Source: Octopus sinensis
Taxonomy: Eukaryota
Assembly: GCF_006345805.1 (NCBI RefSeq)
Contig: NW_021833434.1
Coordinates: 1 to 64,000, forward strand
Length of the DNA stretch: 64,000 nt
Direction of reading: 5' to 3'
In this document: piece by piece, positions 1 through 14,041 of the stretch
How positions within the stretch are numbered: position 1 is the first letter of the stretch
Layout: every line of letters starts with the position of its first letter
Program-made: the position numbers and the translations under genes
Notes under the pieces: generated by a model
Told to the model about the DNA's origin: nothing
What the model saw: only the letters and a program-made list of their open reading frames with translations
The model's database searches: none

Positions 1-144
1 GAAATGCACTCTTCAAAACTTGCACTATGAATAAGGACAAGATAAAATTACTACCTGCTTTTATAGCAAGTTAATATAAGTAGTTTATCCCATTCCCCTC
101 TGACTTTTAGTTCAAGCTGTTGAAAAAGCCGCATTATTATATAT

Positions 145-147
145 ATA

Positions 148-179
<32 letters not shown>

Positions 180-393
180 CACACACACTCTCTCTCTCAC
201 ACACATGCACACATTTATATTCTGTTATTCTTTTATATGTTTCAGCCTTGAGGTTGTGGCCATGCTGGATCGTGTGTGTGTGTGTGTGTGTGTCTATCTG
301 TCTGTATGTATATATGTATATGTATGTGTGTGAACAATAATATTTTCAACAGATGTGTTGCAAATGTATCTGATTGTTCTCAAGCTTCAATAC

Positions 394-426
<33 letters not shown>

Positions 427-545
427 ATGTATGTATGTATATGTATGTATGTATGTATGTGTGTATGTATGTATGTGTGTGTGTATGTATGTATGTGTGT
501 GTGGTGTGTGTATGTATGTATGTATGTATGTATGTATGTATGAGT
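145..545. repeat. Compound microsatellites (ATAC)n, (AC)n, (CT)n, (GT)n, (GTAT)n
   Basis: Directly visible; these explain the spurious CV/YV/HT-rich ORFs at 276-589. Confidence 0.95.
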
Positions 546-562
546 GTATGTTTACTTTATTA

Positions 563-995
563 CTAACACAAGCCACTATGGTTATTTAATGTAAAGTCTT
601 CCTCAAATCACTATCTCTGGCTATTTACTCTCTTCCAAGAACATTTTCACTCACACTTATGTGTTAGCTTCCCATACATTTTACTCATGTATCTATCAGC
701 GTGATAGAAAGAAACAAATATTACATCTAGTTTCACTTTATCCGTTGCCCACTGTGTGTGTGCGTTTGCGTGTGGTGTAAACCAGACTAAGAAAAGCATT
801 TGACACACACACCAGAATGTGAGTTTTCTGTAAATTTTGTTTAATTGGAGTTTAAATTTTAAAAACTGGACCTGGCATGACGCGATGCATTGTACTCTTA
901 AAAATGCTAGGTAAATTGTAATTGAAGAAATCCTATATTGTAGATTTGTATAACTCCCAAAGGGAGGCAGATAAAATCTGCCTTTTATAATAAGA
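563..995 (-). mobile_element. Non-autonomous Helitron-like element
   Basis: Minus strand begins A^TCTTATTATAAAAGGCAGATTTTATCTGCC (includes a GGCAGA/TCTGCC hairpin). It ends with a weak hairpin and TTAG^T (degenerate CTAG). About 270 bp is near-identical to 11550-11816. Confidence 0.55.
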
Positions 996-1017
996 TATAT
1001 ATATATATATATATATA

Positions 1018-2240
1018 CAGGGGTTAGACAAAATAATAGAAACACCTTAAAATTTCAAACAAATTCATTTTAATATGGGGTAGGACGGCCTTTGGTAGTA
1101 ATTACAGGTTGAATTCTATGAGGTATGACTCGTACAAAATTTTAATTGTTTCCAAAGGAAAATTTGTCCATTCTTCAGCTAAAACAATCTCCAGTTCTTG
1201 TAGTGATGATGGTGGAGGATATCAAGATCCTTACTTGTTTTTCTAAAATGCACCATAAATATTCTATAATATTGAGATCTGGAGACTGTGGTGGCCAGAT
1301 AAGATGTTCAACTTCACTAGATTGTTCCTCATGCCATTCAGTAACAACTTTAGCTGTGTGAATTGGTGCATTATCGTCCTGAAATATTGTGTTTGCCTCC
1401 AGAAACAGTTCCACAACCATATGATAAATTTGATCAGATAAATTGCTTAAATAGCCTTGACTATTAATTCTGCCATGAAGAGAAACCATTGGGCCGGCAG
1501 ATATCCAAGATATAGCACCCCACACATCATCACAAATCCTCCTCCATGTTTAACAGTTCAAAGAAGGCAGTCTGGGTCAAATGCTTCTTTTGGCTGTCTC
1601 CACACATATACTCGGCCGGTGGTCAGAAATATGGTAAAGGATGACTTGTCCAAGAAAATAACATTCTTCCACTGCTCTATGCACCAATTCTGGTAGTTTT
1701 TACTCCACTCTAAATGTTTTGCAACGTATGTTTTTGAAAGTAATGGTTTTCTGATTGTAGCCCTCCTGTGAAATCTGGCTTTGTGCAGCTCCCAGTGAAC
1801 AGTTTTTGTGGAAACTGGGTTCTTGAAGTGATCATTAAGCTCTGCAGTAATTTTGGGCGCTGTACTTTTATGATCCTTTCCAACAATACACATAAGAATC
1901 CAACAGTCCCTATCTGAAAGCTTGGGTTTTCTTCCAGAGTTTTGTTTCACCGAGGAGGTTTTTCCCTCTTTCTCAAAGCTGTCGTTATTTTCAAGACAGT
2001 ACTTCTTGATACACTAAACATTTGGGCTGTTTGCATTATGCTAGCACCTGCCATATGAGCACCAACAATTTCTTCTCTTTGAAAGTCCAATAGATCTGTC
2101 ATTTTAATGAATTTTAATTAATTTTTCTGGTGATATCTGAAAAGAAGCAGCAATTTTAGCAAAACATATTAAGCAACACTAAAAATAAATAAAAAAAACA
2201 TAAAAATAAACAAGCTCTTGACGATTTTATAGATAAATAT
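1018..2240 (-). mobile_element. Tc1-family DNA transposon, disrupted DD36E transposase (about 1070-2102)
   Basis: TA-flanked TIR CAGGGGTTAGACAAAATAATAGAAACACC at 1018. ORFs 1558-1950 and 1175-1525 carry GRKPKLS, KPLLS, W..VIF.D.SSF, FQDDNAPIH and WPPQSPDLNIIE. The second TIR was not recognised. Confidence 0.9.
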
Positions 2241-2337
2241 TTCAAGAATATTCCCCTTCATCCCATATATAAATGTTTCTACCCATATATGCATGTATAT
2301 ATACATATATGTAGGTATGTACATATATGTATGTATA

Positions 2338-2455
2338 TCACGTGATCACGTGACTGACCAGGCTATCAGATGTTGCTACACATCGCTGGTTCAATGCGCT
2401 TCGCATTGTTTTAGCCTTCAAATGATGCCACCCCGCTGGCTAAGCGAGCAGGCCA
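2338..2455 (-). mobile_element. 5'-truncated SINE fragment with 13-bp target-site duplication
   Basis: ATATGTATGTATA flanks both sides (2325-2337, 2456-2468). The paralogous segment at about 3150-3275 lacks the insert. SINE identity is from recall of octopus repeats. Confidence 0.55.
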
Positions 2456-3289
2456 ATATGTATGTATATATGCATTTATTTATATATTATTTATATTATT
2501 ATATGATCAAACACCACGCATCCTTTTCCAAGTAAGTTTTATCTTAATAATTACAATGCGCATTCTTCTATCTCTACTATCTCTTCTCTGTCTATCTCTC
2601 TCTCTCATGTTCTTCATCCTTTCTGGTTTTCTCTCCCAACCTTTCCTATTCTTCTCTTCTCTTCACCGTTCCCTCTCTCTCACTCTTCCTTCTTGACTCT
2701 CTCATCGCTGGCATGTGACAAAAGAGAATCTATCTTTCTGCCCATTTCCTTCCTAAAGACAACGTGCTTAAACTTGTCTCTTCTCATAAGCTCGTCTTCC
2801 TAGTGTTCATAATAATTTTTCTATCGTCTTGGCTTAACAGCCCTCACCGTCTGTTTTTACTGTCTTGTTCTCACTGTCCTGTTCTTGTTACCACTTTCAC
2901 CCTCCACAAAAAATCCCAAATTTTCTTTAATTTATTTTGCGGGAAAGACTGTTTCAAAAAAGTCGCTTATTGTCCTTGCTTTCGAAACGTGGAGTAGATG
3001 AAACAGGGACAACTGATGAAGGGGAATATTCGTTATGTTGCGTGTCTCATTTCTCTGTTTGTTTTTTTCGTTGTTCAAAAAAATGTTCATTTTCTGTTTT
3101 TGTTTTATATTTTCGTTTCTCATTGTGTTCAACGTTTTTTTGATGTCCTGTACCTATATATGCATGTATATATACATATATATGTAGATATGTACATATA
3201 TGTATGTATATATGCATATATTAATATTATTATATGATCGAATGCCACACATCCTTTTCCAAGTAATTTTTATCTCTCTTTCTCTCTCT

Positions 3290-5255
<1,966 letters not shown>

Positions 5256-6057
5256 GTGATATATCAAGGAGAGGGAGTGCAGTAAAATGCAATACTCAAC
5301 CAAAATTGGGCTTATTAGTGGATTCCATATTCTACTCCTGTATCCAGTGTAGTACAATGCAAGGCACCAACTTGAGATCAGCTTGAGTGTGGAATATGAG
5401 TCAAATAATTGGGAAAAACAATAAACAAACACATGATCTGCTGAAATAATCACATAACAGTAGTAGAAACATGCAGCCATGTGTTTCATGTCATCAGTGT
5501 CCTGCAATGAATACAATGATCAATGTCGAAGCTCCAAATATATACACTTTTCCTTGTTATGCAAATGATCAATAACCTCACATGTCACATAAAATAGAAC
5601 ATACACACACATACACACCTACGTATACTTACGAGTGTATAGATTTTGCTTGTTCACCAGTATAATGTATGTGTATGTATGTGTGCATATATATATATAT
5701 GTGTCAGCAGTAACTAAGATGGGAGGGTCAACTTGTATTATGTTCTATTTATGTGAAAAATCCTAAGTGTTAAATTGTACTCATAATTCACTGAAGAAAA
5801 CAGGTTTTTTACATGATGTACTATTTTTGTCCATCAGTAAAGAACATGTCTGAAACAGCTGTAGTGGACCTCAACTCTTCTGTGTTATTGTTTATACTTC
5901 CCCACACTCGGAAATTTCTCCATGTTGGATCTTGAGCCTTTAGACAACTGGAGCATATGCCATGAGTGTACTCTTGTGTAACTTTGCATAAATGTTGTAT
6001 ATTCAGTCAGTATTTGTGAACATGTGTATATGTTTATGTGTATGTTTGTGTGTATAT

Positions 6058-8965
6058 ATCATCATCATCGTTAATGTCCTCCTTCCATGCTGGCATGGGT
6101 TGGATGGTTTGACAGGAGCTAGCCAGACAGAAGACTGCACCATACTTCTGTGTCTGTTTTGGCATGGTTTTTATAGTTGGATGCCCTTCCAAATGCCAAC
6201 CACTTTATAGTATGGACTGGGTGCTTTTTAAGTGGCACCAGTAACTTACAAGACAAGGAATCTTGGAGAAGAGAGGGGTCATGGAAGAAAGTGATCTTTT
6301 ATCAGATGATGAAAAGTTAGTGTCTGACAAAGAGATGAAAACAGATGTTTGCTACAGAGGAGATACATGGTTACCTGAACAGAGAGAGAGAGAGAGGGAG
6401 TTAATAAGAAAGAGGACAAAAACAGATGAGCTACTATAAAGGAGATAAATGGTTACCTTGCCAGAGGTAAGAGTGAGAGATGGAGGGGGAGAGACTGATC
6501 AAGAATGAGGACAGAAAGAGGTGTGCTGCTCTAGAAGAGACACATGATTACCCATCCAGAGGGAAGATCAAGAGAAAGAGAGAGAGGGAGTGGGAGACAG
6601 CAAGGGTGCAAGAGGTATAGGACAAAGATGGGGGAGAAGTGCCAGGATATACTCACAAGGAATGGTGATCAGAGTATAGATGGGATAGTAGAGTAACAAA
6701 GAGAGAGATAAATGATGGCAAGTGCCAGGGTATACCCCCAGGAGATGAAGATCATAATATATGTAACAGAGCATTGCAAATGTAGTGGGGGGAATGCTGT
6801 GAGGACTGATCTCAGGATGCTAGGGCTCCACGAGCCCCAGCATCCTGAGATCAGTCCTCACCACTTCATCCCATGTCTTCCTGGATCTCCATCTTCCCCA
6901 GGTGCTATCCACTTTCAGTGACCAGTACTTCTTTATGCAGTTGTCTTCATTCATATGCATCACATCGAAACCAACATAGTCTCCTCTCTTGCACACTGCA
7001 TTACATTCCTTTTATGCCTAACTTTTCTCTTAACACATCTGTGCTTTGTTGTTCATGTACATCCAGTGGAGTATACTTCTTTCAATCCTCTCTAGTCTAT
7101 GCATGTCCTCTGCATTCAGAGCCCATGTCTCACTACCATGGAGTATAGCCATTTGTACACAAGCATACAATCTACCTTTCACCCTGAGAGAGTTCTTTTG
7201 TTGCCAGTAGAGGTAGTAGTAATTTGAACTTTCTCCATCCTCTCCTTTTTCGAGAAAGAATACTTTGAAAGTATCCACTCCATTGCTAATTTGGTCAGCC
7301 AGGTAACAGAAACTATCTACTACCTCAATAGAGCCTTCTAGGCAATTGAGAGAGTCTAAGTCTTGTATGCTCTTAATGCTTATTGTTCCTTCACATCTGT
7401 CATATATGAAAATGACCTTCTCTGTTAATCCACCTGCAATTCTATTGCATCTCTTATGTGTCTATAGCTAACACTGGGTGCAGCAAATAGAAGTACTTTT
7501 CACTCCTTTCCTTCATATTGAGTAGGGCCATTTACTTCATAGAAAGAGGGTTTTATCTGCTTTCTTGCTAACAACTTTGGTCTTTGCTAGGTTAACTTTA
7601 AGGTTCTTTGATTCCTGATTTTACTTCCATACCTGGAATTTCTTCTCCAATTCTGCTACAGACTCTGCAGTAAGAGTGAGGTCATCCATGTATTGTAGTT
7701 CCCACAGGCATCCAGTTTTGAATTCCTCTGTTATGGCCTGGAGGACTATAATGAATAGGAGTGGACTAAGAACTGAGCCCTGTACACTAAATTCATTACT
7801 GTATTCGTGGCCAACTCTCACCTGACAGCACCACTGTACATGACTTGTACAGTTCTAACAAGCCACTCCTCTACTTCTAGTATCCTTGGAGACTACTAGA
7901 TAATAGAGTAGTGGGGCTTCTGTCAAAAGCTTTCTCTAGGTTAATGAAAGTTAAGTACAATGGCTTACTTTTGGCCAAATTCTTTTCCTGCAGCTGTCTC
8001 ACTTGGAAGATGGCATCTGTGATACTCCCAACTAGATGAGATGAACCAAACTGCATCTCATCTAATTTAATTCTATTCCTAATCAATTGAGCTATAACTC
8101 TCTCTGTAACTTTCATGACTTGGTCTAGCAGTTTGATACCTCTGTAGTTGTTTCTATCTAAAGCATCACCTTTACCCTTGTAGTAGATAACTATAATACT
8201 ACTACACTAGTCATTGAGGATGATGCCTTCTTGAATAATCTAATTAACTATGTGAGTGACTAGGCTGCATTCTACACCATCAGATATTTTAATCATCTCA
8301 GTAGTGATACCTGATGGTCCAGGGGTTTTACCTGTCTTCATATCCTTAATTGCCTTATCTATTATATTGCTATCAACTCTGATGGCTGGTCCCTTAGTTC
8401 TTTCAAAATATGAAAGTCTCTCCTTCTCCCATTCATTTCCCACATTTAGTAACCTTTCTTAGTGGCACTTCAACACATCTTTCTTCTCTGAGTCACTAAT
8501 TGTAAACATACCATTATCCATTCACACACATTTCTCACCCAACATACACCTATTATCTCTGATACATGCTTTGCTATCCTGAACACCTTACAACTCTGAT
8601 CCTCACACCATAGAACATTGGCATAGCTCTTGCCTTCTGCTGTTCCTTTTGCTATGTAAACCTGTCACCTAGCTTCCCTTCTGGCTACCTGACAACCGTC
8701 ACCAGAATATAAAAGAAACGGCGAGAAACTTACGAATAGGCATTTTGTGTGTGTGATCGAGTTTTGTGTAAAATAATTTTTCCACCATTTTTCCAGTCCT
8801 TCTAGGCTTGTCTCTTCACTTTTATAGCGCTGTCCACCTCCCTATTCCACCACCATGTCACCCTCAGCTTAGCTGGGACTTTGCACCAGATTTGGTTTGC
8901 AGCTCTCAGTAGATTGTCCTGCAGGAACTTTCATTTGTCCTCTAAGCTGTATGTTCCTAGCTCCT
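6058..8965 (-). mobile_element. RTE-clade LINE, degraded and internally deleted
   Basis: (CAT)n tail at 6058. Minus ORFs contain GSVLSPLLFIIVLQAITEEFKTG, LDEMQFG...LEKAFDR and EGPAIRVD...GKTPGPSGIT. Confidence 0.9.
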
Positions 8966-9069
8966 CCTCTTCTCTATCATCAGAGGCTTCCATATATGAA
9001 GTTTTTGTAATAAATTCAGTGCAACAATCAGAATTACATAATAATGAACAGAAAAAACTTTATTTGGAA

Positions 9070-10290
9070 AAAAGTTGAAATTCAAAACAAAAGTTTACAA
9101 CACATTTAACTCAATTGAATAATTTTTCATATATTTTGAATAAAAATGATTTTGTTTCTCAAAATATCCATAGTGTTCTAGAAGATTTGGGAAGTTTTGT
9201 TTGTGAATATTTATAGCCATTGCATCATTTCTGACATCAGTTCTGGGTAAAAATAAACAAATTGTTTAAGACCTTTATGAGTGTATTGTTGACCTTCACA
9301 AGAGTGGCAGTGGGTACAGAAAGGTCTCTGCACAGCTTAATGTGCCACTGAATTCAGTTGGTATGCTAATGCCTAACTGGAAATTTCTCTCTAGTCTGTT
9401 CAAGTCACCCATGTAAGTTAGCAGAGCATACAGCAAGAAAACTTACAAGGACAGCTAGTAATAGAGCACAAACCACACTCAAGGAGCTGCAGGAAGATCT
9501 GGAATCATGTGAAGTATAAGTGAGCAAAGATATAATTAGTATATCACTTTGTTATTAGGATCACTTTTCTCCTTCTCCAAGAAAGACTCCATTGTTTAAG
9601 AAATGTCACTTTAAATTTCATTTTGCCTTTGCAAAGAGACATTTAAGTAAACCGGTTACATATTGGGAAAATGTAGTGTGGTCTGACGAAACTAATATTG
9701 AGCTTCTCAGCAGAAACTCAGTCAACAAGGTTTGGAGAGAGAACAGTATAGAGTACCTGCCATAAAATACTATCTGTACAGTCAAATTCAGAGGTGGATC
9801 AGTAATGGTATGGACTTGTTTTTGCTCATCAGGTATTGGTAGAATGGAAATAACAAAAAGAATAAGGATGGTCAAAAATATAGGGAGATTTTAGAGTGAT
9901 GTTTAATACCTAGTGCATATTCCCTAAACTTGGAACGAGGATGGGCCTTTCAACATGATAACGATTCAAAGCACACAGCAAAGCTGAGCAAGTATTAGTT
10001 GGAAACAAATGGGATTAATGCTTTGGAATGGAGAAGTCAATCTCCAGACTATAATCCAATCAAAAATCTGTGGTAAAAATTGAAACTCAGAGTTCAAAAA
10101 AGAAATCCATGTAACTTACAAGAATTGAAAAGAATTTTGGAATGGGGGAAAATAGGCCCCGCCACATGTAAAAAGTATTTAGGAAACTATTCAAAGTGTC
10201 TGCAAGCACTCATCATCAACAAGTGTGATGTAACTAAATACGGATTTAATTGTATAAATGTGTTGTAAACTTTTGCATTTTGAAGTTCAA

Positions 10291-10295
<5 letters not shown>
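9070..10295 (+). mobile_element. Tc1-family DNA transposon, disrupted DD34E transposase (about 9243-10240)
   Basis: Imperfect TIRs of about 46 bp (9070-9116 and 10248-10295). Motifs [27 protein letters not shown] and SQSPDYNPI(K)NLW with 34-residue spacing. Confidence 0.88.
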
Positions 10296-10338
<43 letters not shown>

Positions 10339-10375
10339 ATATGTATATATATATATGTGTGTATATATATATATA

Positions 10376-10770
10376 CTAGCAGTATCGCCCGCGTTGCTCG
10401 GGTTGTAAGGGAAATAACTATATAAGCATTTTTAGAGAGTCATAGCCAAAAAATAGCAAAAAATGCATTAAAAATTGAAAAAAAATTAAGGTAAATTTTT
10501 TTTAAATCGTTGACACATCGTAGATATTTTTAGAGAGTTACTTCCCTTATATAAAAGCGAAAAAAATGCATTAAAATGGAAAAATATGATGGTAAATTTT
10601 TTTTAAATCGTAGACTCATCGTAGACGCACGCTAATACCCAGAAGGGCTCGATATGAATCACGACTATAAGATACCCGCTTTTGGTTAAACTGCACCGCA
10701 AAATGTGGGAGTAGTTAGGAATCTAAATCGTAGGAGACAGACATCACACAACTTCACTCTTATATAAAGA
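10376..10770 (-). mobile_element. Complete non-autonomous Helitron (395 bp)
   Basis: Minus strand runs A^TCTTTATATAAG...CCCGAGCAACGCGGG hairpin (10388-10402)...CTAG^T. It is inserted in an AT dinucleotide with no TSD. Confidence 0.85.
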
Positions 10771-11816
10771 TGGTTTTTTTTTTCACTCATAGAGTTAGAT
10801 TTATGAAGGTCTTCAGTAGAAAATCCTTCGAATTCTGACTCGCTGCTTGATATAATGAAATTCGTATCCATTTTTTGTCAGAATTACAAATTTTGAAAAC
10901 ACAATAGGAACAAATTTCGGAAAAAAAATCTCCCATAATTCACGGAATTAAAATTACACTTCGATTTTTGTACAAAACTGTAGTTGAACTCTTTACGAAG
11001 TATAATACGTGTTTTCACGAATGTACTAAAGAGATTTGCTCTGATATTCTCATTTAAATATGAATATGTAAATTCGGGCGTAATAAAATATATACAGAGT
11101 AAAATAAAAACCAATTTACCTTTCTGTCCGTCCGTGTGTCTTTGCAAATGTGTTGGAATGATAAGTGAGTTGTGATTTGGCGCCTTTTTTACTAATAACA
11201 AAACACACGTGTTTGTATGTAGTTGTATGTGTATGTAGTTGTATGTAGTTGTATATGTATGTGTATGCGTGTGTGTGAGGAATGACACACACACACTCAC
11301 GCACGCACACATGTACATCAATGCTTTCGGAGTGATATGTTAAAATATTGAGTTTTCTCGAATTTTGTCTTAATTGGTGGTAAAATTGAAAGAAATTTTT
11401 TATGGCATCACCCACTGAAGTACTCTGAAAAAATCTTAGGTAAACTCTAATTGAAGAAATTTTCTGTTTGCTGTGTTTTTTTATTTTTTGAGTAGTGGTT
11501 TAAATACTTTCAGTTTAGTCTCCTCAAATCACTCTGTCGCTATTTACTTTCATTTTATTCGTTGCACACTGTGTGTATGCGTTTGCGTGTGGTATAAACC
11601 AGACTAAGAAAAGCATTTGACACACACACCAGAATGTGAGTTTTCTGTAAATTTTGCTTAATTGGAGTTTAAATTTTAAAAACTGGACCTGGCATGACGC
11701 GATGCATTGTACTCTTAAAAATGCTAGGTAAATTGTAATTGAAGAAAAATCCTATATTGTAGATTTGTATAACTCCCAAAGGGAGGCAGATAAAATCTGC
11801 CTTTTATAATAAGAGA
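10771..11816 (-). mobile_element. Longer Helitron-like element of the same family as 563-995, with no 3' end of its own
   Basis: 5' end A^TCTCTTATTATAAAAGGCAG at 11816, shared about 270-bp terminal block, and an internal (GTAGTT/GTAT)n tract. Confidence 0.55.
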
Positions 11817-11858
11817 TATATATGTATATATATATGTGTATATATATATATTTATATA

Positions 11859-12330
11859 TCTCTATATATATAAAACTGAGAATGTCTGTCTGTCTGTGTG
11901 TTTCCATAAAACTTGAGAACTACACAACCAATTTCATTCAAATTTGACACATGCCTTACTTAGGGTCCATGTAGTTTCATGGGCACAAAAAAATGTTTAA
12001 CTTCTTACCTAGAGCGAGCCCATAGCAATATCATATCTTCTCCACTATTTCAGTATTACGTAAAAGTGAAACAAAAGCATTTCTCTATTTTATGTCAGAT
12101 GCTTTCACTTTAACATAAATAATAATAACAATTGAATTATATGTAGTAAGTAATAATTAAAATCAAACTAAAGTATAATATTATTGTAACATAACAAAAG
12201 TAAAAATAGCAATTGGTATAAAATTGCATCAATGACTTGAACTTGAATCAGTCGTTTCACATGAATGGGAATAAATAAAAAATAAATTTAAGTGGAGAAA
12301 TGGAATAGTCCAGATGGAGGTGTGCACGGC
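11859..12330 (+). mobile_element. Non-autonomous Helitron-like 5' portion (may extend to CTAG at 13436)
   Basis: A^TCTCTATATATATAAAACTGAGAATGTCTGTCTGTCTG: a TC start, (TA)n-AAAA and a GTCT microsatellite, typical of small Helitron/DINE-like 5' ends. Confidence 0.6.
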
Positions 12331-12719
12331 TTTTACATTAGATTATTTGCTAATTAGCTAGCATTAAGTATCTATATGAAGTTTGGCTGTATATAATGTC
12401 TGTTTTCTCGAAAGATGCTTCTACTGAGTACTGCTGTTGGTTTATTTCTGATCCATAAAGGTCTATAGCTTCAACAGAGTACTGCTCTTTGGTTTACTGT
12501 AAGGTTTGTGTTATTATTATTTCTGTTTAACTATTGTTATCACGTTTGTTGGTTCCTCGTAAGGGAAGCGTTGTTGTGTTGCATTTGTTAAATAATTGTA
12601 AACCGTAACCCTCCCCCTTTGGGAGAAGGAGCTTTGGTTATTGTTTAAAAATTGAATTGTGTCCCTGTTTGGGGAAATTGAAAATATTTTCACCGTTTAC
12701 ACAGAAACATTCTTGTTAA

Positions 12720-13250
12720 AATGTCTTCGATAGAAGAAAGTCCAAAAATGAATTTCGCTGCAGCTGTCGGCGGGCAGCGAATTCATTAAAATTAAAATGG
12801 AAGAAATACAAACCTATTTTGGATTGATCACCGACAAAGACGGTGAATCTAGGATAACACCACCAAACGAAATAAAAAAATTAAATTAAAGAAAAGACTA
12901 TTGCCTATAAAGTATACAATGTAGAGAAAAAAAACGATTTAAACACCTGGAGGAAAGCACCATTGAAAAGTGTCTTGGTGTGACTGTGAAAGATATCAAG
13001 TATCTAACCAGAGGTGGTAAATTCGCCACAATAGAAGCAAGGTTCGAGTCAACGGAGCATGCAAGGGAGTACTCGACTCGAGCCTTGCAATGTGGAAATA
13101 TTTTATTTTTACCTTTATATCTGGGACATAGGAGGTCCCGGATAAAAATTAAAAATGTCCCCCCAAAAGTAGAGGTAGGCTGGATTGTAGCTACACTTCT
13201 ATACAAGAGGGAGGACAAGATAAAATTGATCGAAATTGCAAGAGACGGGC
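12720..13250 (+). mobile_element. Non-LTR retrotransposon ORF1 (gag-like, L1/Tx1-like) 5' fragment
   Basis: MSSIEESPKMNFAAAVGG..., followed after frameshifts by ORF 12980-13279 (IKYLTRGGKFATIEARF...LFLPLYLGHRRSRIKIKNVPPKVEVGWIV). This resembles the RRM-like region of LINE ORF1p; family assignment is from recall. Confidence 0.5.
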
Positions 13251-13396
13251 CTACAATTCCAGTCTGTTATATATTTTGAGTATTGTTATTACTAGCGATA
13301 TCAAGATATAAGTTTGTATTTTGTATTTTATGTGTAGATGTATATATAGAGATGTACATGTAACATGTACACATATATATACACATATATACATGC

Positions 13397-13445
13397 ACTA
13401 GCACTATGACCCATCGTTGCCGGGTCATAATGCTAGTATATTTAT

Positions 13446-13448
<3 letters not shown>
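13397..13448 (-). mobile_element. Helitron-type terminal hairpin, possibly a 51-bp mini-element
   Basis: 16-bp arms 13397-13412 and 13422-13437 (15/16 match), 9-nt loop, CTAG at both ends. The minus strand has the GCAACG loop seen in the other Helitron 3' ends in this window. Confidence 0.6.
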
Positions 13449-13509
<61 letters not shown>

Positions 13510-14041
13510 ATACATGCATATAAATATAATGAGAAGCAAATTAGGCAAGTCGATTTAAGATATTTAATAAGTATTTGAAAATGGAATTGCATCTTCAAAC
13601 TCTATTCTGTCAACACCTCAAATGTAAAATTCTCCAGTGTAAAACTCTCCCCTGAAGACAAAGGCAATGTTATCCGATGATGACTGCAAATAACCACCAT
13701 TATTCGGGACTACCAAGCTCCCAGAAACAGCTTTTGGACTTAAAAAACTCTACCTGTTTAACTCCTGATATCATTTATATTCTATAAGTCGGACTTATTT
13801 TATATCTATACATATGTATATTTTTCCTATTAAATGTATTTAATATTCTGTGTAAAGCAACTTGTCTAATTTGCTTGTCATTATATTTACTCATCTACCA
13901 GCTGAAGTTCAAATCTCTTGAGCACTTCGAAGTGTATTCTATATAGAGAACACCTGTCTTCATCCTCTAAACTATATATATACATATATGTACATGCAGT
14001 CTGAATAAGCGTATGCTTAAATGTAAATATATATATACATA

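Noticed and set aside
276-589. Cys/Val/Tyr- and His/Thr-rich ORFs (also at 10884-11415, 13267-13548, 14210-14522, 57205-57486 and 58949-59173)
   Set aside because: They are translations of GT, GTAT and TA microsatellites, not proteins.
5260-5560. Unique-looking stretch with INVEAP, VVQCKA and NNLTCH peptides
   Set aside because: The motifs lie in different frames with stops, and there are no matching splice sites.
10800-10871. Acidic SESEFEGF peptide suggestive of a pogo or piggyBac terminus
   Set aside because: It is isolated, with no further transposase motifs, and lies inside a Helitron-like body.
13652-13740. CTGAAGA...GAAAC, resembling a Penelope-type hammerhead ribozyme core
   Set aside because: There are 65 nt between the two boxes with no clean stem II, and the stem III/cleavage region (GAAACAGCTTTTGG) is not self-complementary. 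At best a dead remnant.
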